The notes under the pieces: generated by a model
What the model was told of the DNA's origin: nothing
Database searches by the model: none
What the model saw: the letters and a program-made list of their open reading frames with translations, nothing else
Shown here: piece after piece, positions 1-7,700 of the stretch
How the letters are laid out: every line of letters starts with the position of its first letter
Position numbering within the stretch: position 1 is the stretch's first letter
Program-made: the position numbers and the translations under genes
From: Candidatus Eiseniibacteriota bacterium
GTDB taxonomy: Bacteria; Eisenbacteria; RBG-16-71-46
Direction of reading: 5' to 3'
Length of the DNA stretch: 12,046 nucleotides
Assembly (NCBI GenBank): GCA_031364845.1
Contig: JANLWX010000137.1
Coordinates: forward strand, 1-12,046

Positions 1-6
1 CAGGAG

Positions 7-804
7 ATGAGCGACTCCCTGGTGAGCTACGAGGTCGCGGACGGCGTCGCCGTGCTGACGCTCTCCGATCCTCCCGCCAACACCTACTCGTACGACATGA
101 TGCGCCGCCTCGATACGCTCGTCCTGGACGCGCGGATGGACGACGCCGTCCACGTCATCGTCCTGCGCGGCGCGGGCGAGAAGTTCTTCTGCGCCGGCGC
201 CAACATCAACAGGCTCAAGACGGTGAACCCGACGTTCAAGTACTACTTCTGTCTGCACGCCAACGAGACACTCAACCGGCTCGAGCAGACGCCCAAGCTG
301 GTGATCGCGGCATTGAACGGCCACACGGTCGGCGGCGGGCTCGAGATCGCGATGGCGGCGGACCTTCGCATCGCGCGCAAGGGCTCGGGCAAGGTCGGAC
401 TTCCCGAAGTCTCGCTCGGCGTGCTGCCCGGCACCGGCGGCACCCAGCGTCTCGCGCGCCTGGTCAACAAGAGCCTCGCGATCGAGTTGATGGTCACGGG
501 CGACACGTTCGACTTCGAGCGCGCCGAGAAACTCGGCATCGTGAACCAGATCTGGGAGACCGCGACCAACGACGAGTTCATCGAGAAGATCCAGAAGTAC
601 GCCGAGAGCTTCTGCCCGCCGAACCGCGCCTCGAAGGCGGTCGGACGCATCAAGCGCTCGGTGCAGTCCGGGGCCGAGGTTCCGTTCGAGTCCGCGCTCG
701 CCATCGAGCGCGAGCTGCAGCAGCAGCTGTTCCAGAGCGAGGACGCGAAGGAAGGTCTCGCGGCCTACGTCGAGAAGCGCAAGGCAAGCTTCAGCGGCAA
801 GTAG
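7..804 (+). CDS. Enoyl-CoA hydratase/isomerase (crotonase) family protein, BoxC-like single domain
   Basis: 265-aa ORF with strongly GC-ending codons. Crotonase motifs: FCAGANI (oxyanion loop), PKLVIAALNGHTVGGGLEIAMAADLR, GLPEVSLGVLPGTGGTQRL (both catalytic Glu positions present), C-terminal SEDAKEGLAAYVEKRKASFSGK. The start is at the window edge and the frame is open upstream, so it is not fully certain. Confidence 0.95.
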   Translation: MSDSLVSYEVADGVAVLTLSDPPANTYSYDMMRRLDTLVLDARMDDAVHVIVLRGAGEKFFCAGANINRLKTVNPTFKYYFCLHANETLNRLEQTPKLVIAALNGHTVGGGLEIAMAADLRIARKGSGKVGLPEVSLGVLPGTGGTQRLARLVNKSLAIELMVTGDTFDFERAEKLGIVNQIWETATNDEFIEKIQKYAESFCPPNRASKAVGRIKRSVQSGAEVPFESALAIERELQQQLFQSEDAKEGLAAYVEKRKASFSGK

Positions 805-842
805 CCACGGCACCGCGCGACGAGCGCGGGCGACCCGAAACA

Positions 843-881
843 CGAGAGCCCCGTCGTGAACTTCCACGGCGGGGCTTCTCG
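843..881. terminator. Strong GC-rich stem-loop, probable intrinsic terminator (possibly bidirectional)
   Basis: CGAGAGCCCCGTCGTG (843-858) pairs with CACGGCGGGGCTTCTCG (865-881), with one G-U pair, one bulge and a 6-nt loop. It begins 39 nt after the crotonase stop. U-tracts are weak on both strands (TTCTC on +, TCTCGTGTTTC on -). Confidence 0.6.
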
Positions 882-1125
882 CGTGCGGCACCCGAGGTGC
901 GGCCCCCGGAAACCTGATCGTTTCGAGTTGACGTTGAGTCGCCGGCGCCCGTCCTGACTGTTGAGCCCGAGCGCCCCATGCAATCGCGCGCGAACTGCTC
1001 CGGCGGACGCCGGCACCGCACCGGCGACGTTCGCCCGGGCACTGGTGAGCCGTGGGCGAATTTCCGTCACCTCGATGTTCCCTACCATACGCCCAACCCC
1101 CCACAAAAGTTTGACCTTTCTTTCG

Positions 1126-1234
1126 TGTGGCGAAGATTGTGAAAGCAGTCTCTTGAGGGTCCGTCGCGCCCGCAAACTCTTGCGTGGCAATGGCACGACT
1201 CGCGATTTCGAGGCCATCCACAATCTTCGCCACA
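1126..1234. repeat. Perfect 16-bp inverted repeat with 77-nt spacer (core of a longer imperfect fold-back)
   Basis: TGTGGCGAAGATTGTG (1126-1141) is the exact reverse complement of CACAATCTTCGCCACA (1219-1234). It lies in an intergenic, relatively AT-rich segment. Confidence 0.9.
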
Positions 1235-1278
1235 TAACAAATTGCACCGAGAGGATGGGTTCAGAGTAGGATTTCGCC

Positions 1279-2487
1279 GTGCATACCCTGCGTGGCGCGA
1301 TGCGTGTGACCCTGATGAGCCTCCTCCTGCTCATCTTTCTCTCACCCCCGTTCCCCGCCGCTTCCGCCCCTCGCCCAGCCAAGCTCGACAGCGTGACCGC
1401 TTACAGGGCCCGCGCGGCGAACCAGGCATTCAAAGACGCAGTCTCGCTCGAGCAGCAGGGCAAGCTGCTCACGGCGATCAGCGCCTATCGCGAAGTGGTG
1501 GCTCAGGACTCGGCCTACCCCGAAGCTGCCTTCCGCATGGGCAAGCTCCTCGCCGGGCTCGACCGACTGGCCGAGGCGGCCCACGCCTACCGCGCGGAAC
1601 TCAAGTCTCACGACGGGCACGCGGGAGCACGGCGCGAGTTGGGGCTGGTGATGGTGCGCATGGGCGACCCGAAGGGGCTGGGGGAACTCGAGACTCTGAC
1701 CCGTCGCCACCCCGAAGACGACCAGGCCTGGCAGGCGCTCGGATACGCCTATTCCATCGCGGGCCGGCACGAGGACGCGGAGCGGGCGCTGCGTCGCGCG
1801 ATCGGGTACCCGCCGGAACGCGCGAGCGAACACCGCGATCTGGGCGTCGTGCTCGCCACGCTCGGGCGCGATGCCGACGCGCGCGACGAATATCGAGCGG
1901 CGATCGCGATCGACGGGGAGGATCCGGCGACGTGGGTCAATCTCGGCAATCTCGAAGCCCGGGCCTCGCGCTGGAACGATGCGCTCGCGGCCTATCGCAC
2001 GGCGGAGGCGCGCGACTCATCCTTCGCCCTCGCGCTCCAGGGACAGATCACCGCACTCGATGCGACCGACCAGATGGAGGCTGCCGCACTCACGGCGCGC
2101 CGCTGGCTGCGCCGCCGCCCCGACGACCACAAGGCGCGGCTCGAAGCGGCCGGGCGACTGCAGCGGATCGGCCGCACGAAGGACGCGCTCGCGGTCGCGC
2201 GCGCCGGGGTGGCGCGGGCGCCGGGATCGGGTGATGCGCGGATCGTGCTGGCCTCGATCTTCGATGCGCAGGGCAAATCGCGTGAGGCGTTGCGCGAACT
2301 GCGCGCCGCCACGCGGCTGTTTCGCGATCCGCTCAATCGCGGCCAGGCGGTCAACATGCTGCGCGGAACCATGGCGGCCGTGCCCGAGTCGATTCGCGTG
2401 GTGGCGCGGCAGGATTCGGTGTTCGAAGAGCAGCGCAACGCCGAGCGCCAGCAGGAGCGCCGGCGCGAGCAGGAGCGCCGCAAGTGA
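1279..2487 (+). CDS. Secreted/periplasmic tetratricopeptide repeat (TPR) protein
   Basis: Signal-peptide-like N-terminus (MRVTLMSLLLLIFLSPPFPAASA) and many TPR-type helix pairs (AWQALGYAYSIAGRHEDAERALRRAI, EHRDLGVVLATLGRDADARDEYRAAI, TWVNLGNLEARASRWNDALAAYRTA). Charged C-terminal tail. The start is either GTG 1279 (AGGA 7 nt upstream) or ATG 1300. Confidence 0.88.
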   Translation: MHTLRGAMRVTLMSLLLLIFLSPPFPAASAPRPAKLDSVTAYRARAANQAFKDAVSLEQQGKLLTAISAYREVVAQDSAYPEAAFRMGKLLAGLDRLAEAAHAYRAELKSHDGHAGARRELGLVMVRMGDPKGLGELETLTRRHPEDDQAWQALGYAYSIAGRHEDAERALRRAIGYPPERASEHRDLGVVLATLGRDADARDEYRAAIAIDGEDPATWVNLGNLEARASRWNDALAAYRTAEARDSSFALALQGQITALDATDQMEAAALTARRWLRRRPDDHKARLEAAGRLQRIGRTKDALAVARAGVARAPGSGDARIVLASIFDAQGKSREALRELRAATRLFRDPLNRGQAVNMLRGTMAAVPESIRVVARQDSVFEEQRNAERQQERRREQERRK

Positions 2488-2546
2488 CCGTTCGCATCGC
2501 CCGCGCGCCGCGTCCCGCGCCGCGCCGCGTACGCCACAACCGCTCT

Positions 2547-2576
2547 TTGCGCCGGTCCGCCGCACTCGCGTAGATT
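2547..2576 (+). promoter_or_regulatory. Putative sigma70-type promoter for ispH
   Basis: TTGCGC (2547-2552) - 18 nt - TAGATT (2571-2576), ending 58 nt before the ispH ATG in an otherwise very GC-rich spacer. Confidence 0.4.
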
Positions 2577-2634
2577 CTCCGGTCCGGCCTCCCGCTCCGG
2601 GACACCGGCCTCTCTTTCGATCTTTCGAGCGCCC

Positions 2635-3657
2635 ATGAACGAGCCCCAGCACACCCTGTATCTCGCCGCGCCCCGCGGGTTCTGCGCGGGCGTCGACCGC
2701 GCCATCGACATCGTCGATCTGGCGCTCCAGGTGTACGGAAAGCCGATCTACGTCCGGCACGAGATCGTGCACAACCGTCACGTCGTGCAGGACCTGCGCG
2801 ACAAGGGCGCGATCTTCGTCGAAGACCTCGCGGACGTGCCGGCCGGCTCGGTCGTCATCTTCTCGGCGCACGGAGTGTCGCCGGTGGTGCGGCGCGAGGC
2901 GCAGGAGCGCGGACTGCGCGCCCTCGACGCCACGTGCCCGCTCGTCACCAAGGTGCATCTCGAAGCGCTCAAGTACGCGCGCGAAGGCTACGCGATCGTG
3001 CTGATCGGGCATCGCAATCATGTCGAGGTGCAGGGCACGATGGGCGAAGCGCCCGAAGCGATCGTGCTGGTCGAGACGGTCGAAGATGCCGAGCGGCTCG
3101 AGGTCTCCGATCCCGCGCGCGTCGCCTACATCACGCAGACCACTCTTTCGGTCGACGATGTGCGCGCGATCGTCGGCACGCTCAAGCGCCGCTTCCCGCT
3201 GATTCACGAACCCGCGAAGGACGACATCTGCTACGCGACCACCAACCGCCAGAACGCGGTGAAGGAACTGGCGCGGCGCTGCGGCGTGATCCTGGTGGTC
3301 GGGGCACCCGCCAGCAGCAACGCGAATCGCCTGGTTGAAGTCGCGCAGCAGCTGGGCGCGAGTGCTTACCTGATCGAATCGGCGCTCGACATCCGGCCCG
3401 AGTGGATCGCGGGCGATGTCGGCATCACGGCGGGCGCTTCGACGCCCGAGCCGGTGGTGCAGGATTGCGTCGAGCGCGTGCTCGTGCTCGGCAGCTATCG
3501 CGTCGAAGAATTCCGGCTTACCGAGGAACGCGTGATGTTTCCGCTTCCGGGCGAGCTGCTGGTCGCCGCGAAGCGTGAAGGAGTTCCGGTCGGCGCGGGC
3601 AACGAACGGGCGGCCGCACGCGCGGAAGAGGAGCAGTTCCGCATCCGTCATCATTGA
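2635..3657 (+). CDS. ispH: 4-hydroxy-3-methylbut-2-enyl diphosphate reductase (IspH/LytB)
   Basis: All hallmark motifs are present: PRGFCAGV, HEIVHN, FSAHG, DATCPLVTKVH, IGHRNHVEV, TQTT, DDICYATTNRQ, SSN, TAGASTP. The three [4Fe-4S] Cys ligands are intact. Confidence 0.98.
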   Translation: MNEPQHTLYLAAPRGFCAGVDRAIDIVDLALQVYGKPIYVRHEIVHNRHVVQDLRDKGAIFVEDLADVPAGSVVIFSAHGVSPVVRREAQERGLRALDATCPLVTKVHLEALKYAREGYAIVLIGHRNHVEVQGTMGEAPEAIVLVETVEDAERLEVSDPARVAYITQTTLSVDDVRAIVGTLKRRFPLIHEPAKDDICYATTNRQNAVKELARRCGVILVVGAPASSNANRLVEVAQQLGASAYLIESALDIRPEWIAGDVGITAGASTPEPVVQDCVERVLVLGSYRVEEFRLTEERVMFPLPGELLVAAKREGVPVGAGNERAAARAEEEQFRIRHH

Positions 3658-3721
3658 GTCCGAAGCGCAGCTGTTGCGCACCCCCGTCGCCGTCCCCGTT
3701 CTCATCGGAGCCTGATTCCTC

Positions 3722-4621
3722 ATGCTGACCCCGCTCGCCTGGCTCGTACCCCACGTCCCGACGCTGCTGGTCGATTCGCTCCGCGGCCATCGCACGCCGA
3801 TGCTCGCGGCCCTCGAAGACCTGTCGCATCTGCTGTTCGAGGACCGTCCGGGTGCGGTGGTGGTGGTGAGCGCGCGCTGGCAGACGAACGGCCCGTTCAT
3901 GGTCGACGCCGGCAAGCGGCATCGCACGCTCACCGACTACTCGGGCTTCGGAGTCGAAGTGCGCTACGACTGCAAAGGGCAGCCCGCACTCGCCAAAGCG
4001 TTGATCGCGGCGGGAACCAAAGCCGGCGTGCGCACCGCGGCTTCGACGCGCGGCGTCGACAGCGGGGTCGCGGTGCCGATGAATTTCCTGATCCCCGACA
4101 AGAGTGTGCCGGTGGTGCCGGTGTCAGTCGCCGATCGCCCGGTGGATGAGTGCCGCGCCTGGGGCGCGGCGATGGCGCGCGCGATCGACCTGTGGCCGGA
4201 TCCGGTGCTGTTCGTGGTGGGCGGGCTGCTGTCGTTCGACCTGCATGCCTGGCAGCTCTCGCGCGAGGTCCCGGCCCAGGCGGAATTCGACGAGCGCGTG
4301 CTCGCCGCACTCGCCGACGGCGACTGGGACTCACTAGACCACGAACGCCGCGCGCTCGCGGCGGCCGGAGACCGCACGACCGGAGACGCGGTGCTGGTCG
4401 AAGGCGAACTGCGCCATCTCGAGATCCTGCGCGGTTTCCTCGGCGCCGATGTCACCGGAGATCTGCGCTGCTACGAGGCGGGCTCCGGCATGGGGGCCGC
4501 GTTGATCGCCTTCGAAGTGCCGGGCGCACCACCGCCGCGGGATCCGGATTCCGATGACGATTCGGTCGCATCCGATGACGCGGTCTTCGAAGCCGACGAC
4601 GAGTTGCCGAAGCACGAGTAG
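3722..4621 (+). CDS. LigB-fold class III extradiol ring-cleavage dioxygenase-like protein (degenerate active site)
   Basis: Motif order matches the LigB/DODA/HpaD family: PHVP, VVVVSARW, DYSGF..YDCKGQPALA, RGVDSGVAVP, PVVPVS, VVGGLLSFDL, FDERVL, EGELRHLEILRG. Acidic C-terminal tail. Starts 64 nt after the ispH stop. Confidence 0.8.
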   Translation: MLTPLAWLVPHVPTLLVDSLRGHRTPMLAALEDLSHLLFEDRPGAVVVVSARWQTNGPFMVDAGKRHRTLTDYSGFGVEVRYDCKGQPALAKALIAAGTKAGVRTAASTRGVDSGVAVPMNFLIPDKSVPVVPVSVADRPVDECRAWGAAMARAIDLWPDPVLFVVGGLLSFDLHAWQLSREVPAQAEFDERVLAALADGDWDSLDHERRALAAAGDRTTGDAVLVEGELRHLEILRGFLGADVTGDLRCYEAGSGMGAALIAFEVPGAPPPRDPDSDDDSVASDDAVFEADDELPKHE

Positions 4622-4736
4622 ACTCGGACCTTGGGCGCAGGAGCTTGAAGCCCGGGCGACGCTCGGAGTACGTGTCGTCGGTCAGGTCCTGGTGTCGGTT
4701 CCCGCGGGCCGGGTTCAGAGGCCGCAGGCCATCAGT

Positions 4737-7700
4737 TCATCGGGCCAGAACCACCCGTCGTACCCACACGCGCCCTTCGGCTTCGAGGTGCACGAAGTAG
4801 ATCCCGGCCGGAAGCCGCCGCGCGTGCTCCGACGTACGGCCGTTCCACGTCAGCGTGTGTGCGCCCGGCGCCGCGCGCCCTGACACGAGCGTTGTGACGC
4901 GCCGGCCGAGCAGGTCCAGCACCTGCAAGCGGAACGCCGTTTCACGGCCGATGTCGTAGCGGATCGTCGCAAGACCCAGCATCGGATTCGGAGCGATGAT
5001 TCCGAGCCCGGTGCGAAGTTCTGCCGAACTCGCCACGGCGACGGCGGAGGCCGGCTCGAAGTGCGCGACGATGTTCTTCGTCGCGTCCATGATCACCGTC
5101 AGCGGATTCGCCGACCCGCTCGCGTCCCCGGACCAGGACGTGAAGACGTGACCGGGACGGGGCACGGCGTGGAGAACGACTTCAGTGCCACTGGACTGGC
5201 ATGCGCTCGCCGGCGTGCGAACGATCGAACCGCCATCAGCGGGCAACGGTGTCGCCGCGAGGAAGTGGCCGGAGGCGAACGACAGAATGGAGGGCAACGC
5301 CAGCGGCGCGCCGGCCGTCATCTGGCCGCCGAACATCAACAACTCATCTCTCACCGGGTCGAACGCCGCAGCCGCTCGCGATCTGGGGGTTGGGAGCGGC
5401 CCGTTGGCCGGGATCTCGGACCATTCGAGCGTGCTGAACGACAGGGCACGCGCGGCGTTGGTCGGGGTACCCGTCGGTCCGATCGAACCTCCGAAGACGA
5501 CCATGCGATCCCGATTTCCGTCGTAGGCGATGCTCGAACCGAAGCTTGAAGCGGAGCCGTTAGGCAGTGCCGTCCACGCCGGAGTTCCGGACAGCGTGAG
5601 GGCCCAGGTGTCGCTGTGACCACCCGCAGAGCCGCTTCCGCCAAAGATCACCATGCGATCCCGGATCGGATCGTAGATCGCCCCGTGCGCGTAACGCCCG
5701 GCAGGCGGCGATCCGGTGGTGGCGACCGGTAGCCAACTCAGGCTCCCCGCGAGCGGCAGTTCCCAGACGTCCGCGAAGTAGCTGGCCGTCCCCGTGCGCC
5801 CGCCGAACAAGAGCAGGCGGTCCCTCACCGGATCGTAGATCAGTGACGCGAGATAGCGGCTCGGGGCTTGAAACGCGGTGAGTCGCTGCCAGGCAGGCGT
5901 GAGGCCCAGCGGCAATTCGTAGAGGTCTCTGAGCGTTGCCGACCCGCTGTGCCCGCCGAACATCAAGATCCGATCGCGCGCCGAATCGTAGACCCATCCG
6001 GCACCTTCGCGGCTGGAGGGCGCGCCCGAGGGGGCGAGCAGCGTCCACGATGCGGTGAAAGGATCGAGTGACCACAGGTCGTTACTCGGACCTTGCGGCG
6101 TCACACCTCCGAACATCAGCATGCGCTGTCGTGGCGCATCGAAGATCGCCGCGGCCCCGAACGCCGGGCCGGGCTGCGCGGTGCTGGTGATCGTCGTCCA
6201 CCCGCCACACGAGGCGTTCATGAACTGGAACGTCGCGATGATCGTGCGCGGCCCGCTCATGGACACCGTCAATGGATTGGCCGTGCCACCCGCGTCCCCG
6301 AGCCAGCCGGTGAACTGGTAGCCGCTCGCCGGCTCGGCAACGAGGGTCACCGTCTGGTTCGCGGCATAGCACTTGAGGTCGGGTAACCGCCGAACGGTGC
6401 CGTGCTCCGGAATTTCTGCGATGGCTTGCAGAGGGACTCCTCCCGCGAGCGTGAGTCGCGCCCGCGAGGCCATCGGCTGGCCCGCGGCGTTCAGACCGCC
6501 GAACAGCACCATCTGATCGCGATCCGTATCGAGGACCGCCGCCGCACGCCGGCGCGCCGCGGGAAACGTCTCTACGGAGGGCGAAGACCAGGCTGAATGC
6601 TCGAGATCCAGCGCGAAGGTCTCGTTCGAGACCGCAGAGCCCCTGCCTCCGAATACGATCATGCGATCGCGAGCGGCATCGTGGATGGCCACCGCATCCT
6701 CCCCGGCAGTGGGCGGACTTCCGGACGGTGCGAGCGGCGCCCAGCTCGGCGTTCCCGCGAGTGACAGCGCCCAAGTGTCGGTGAGTCGATTGGATCCATT
6801 GATGCCGCCGAACACGATCATGCGATCGCGCGCCACGTCGTAGATCGCAACGTGACCGGAACGGACCGGAGGAGACGTGGCGGGCACCAGCTGCCGCCAT
6901 GCCGGAGTCCCCGCGAGCGTCAACTCCCACAGTTCACTCGTCGCGCTGCCCTGGCGCAAGCCGCCGAACAACAGCAGACGATCGCGGAGCGAATCGTAGA
7001 CCAGCGACACCCCGCTGCGCGGCAGCGGCGGCGTATCGAGCGGGGGGATCATGTTCCAAACGGGTGAACCATCGAGCGGGAGCTCCCAAATGTCGATGAG
7101 CAGCCCGGCATCGCTGTTTCCGCCGAACATCAGCATGCGATCGCGCACAGGATCGTAGACGACCCGCGCGCCATCGCGTGGGGTCGGCGCGGTTCCTCCT
7201 GGAGTGATCTGGCTCCAGGCCCCTCCATCGAGCGCCAGCGCCCACAGCTCGGAAACCATGGTCGCACCGTTGTGTCCGCCGAACATCAGCATGCGCTGAC
7301 GAGGCGCGTCGTATATCGCTCCAGCTCCACTGCGCGCGCCCGGTTCTGCGCCGAGTGGAAACAACGACCAGCTTCCGCAGTGCGGCGGGATCGGCCGGAA
7401 CATCGCGGTCAGGTTCAGATCATCACCCGCCGTGACGACCAGTGGGTTCTCGATGCTGGTGATCGAACCCGTCCAATCGACGAACTCGAAACCCGGTTCT
7501 GGCACCGCGGTCACGGTAACGATCTGTCCCGGTGGGTGACAGAGAGTGGCGGGTGACTTCACAACGGTTCCGGTTCCGATCGGCAGGATGCTGGAGTCGA
7601 TCGTGGGTCCGTCAGTCAGGTCGATCACATCGGGCTGCGAGAGCATCCCGTCATTGAAACCAAAACCTCCGTAAACCATCAGGCGCCGCCCGATCGGATC

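Noticed and set aside
1137..1154. TTGTGAA resembling a Rex or CRP half-site
   Set aside because: The matching second half-site (TTCACAA/TCACA) is not present at the required spacing.
1126..1234. Inverted repeat as an integron attC site or IS ends
   Set aside because: No RYYYAAC/GTTRRRY core boxes, no cassette organisation, and no transposase or target-site duplication seen.
961..1269. 102-aa plus-strand ORF across the inverted-repeat region
   Set aside because: TTG start without SD, no codon bias or motif. The region is better explained as non-coding.
2450..2480. 13-bp direct repeat AGCAGGAGCGCCG (2450-2462, 2468-2480)
   Set aside because: It simply encodes the low-complexity QERR repeats of the TPR protein tail.
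2495..2530. CGCGC-rich low-complexity run after the TPR gene
   Set aside because: No stable defined stem or regular period. Expected at this GC content.
2017..3933. 638-aa minus-strand ORF and the many other overlapping Arg/Ala/Pro-rich ORFs in the track
   Set aside because: They are antisense or off-frame shadows of well-supported genes in GC-rich DNA and show no recognisable motifs.
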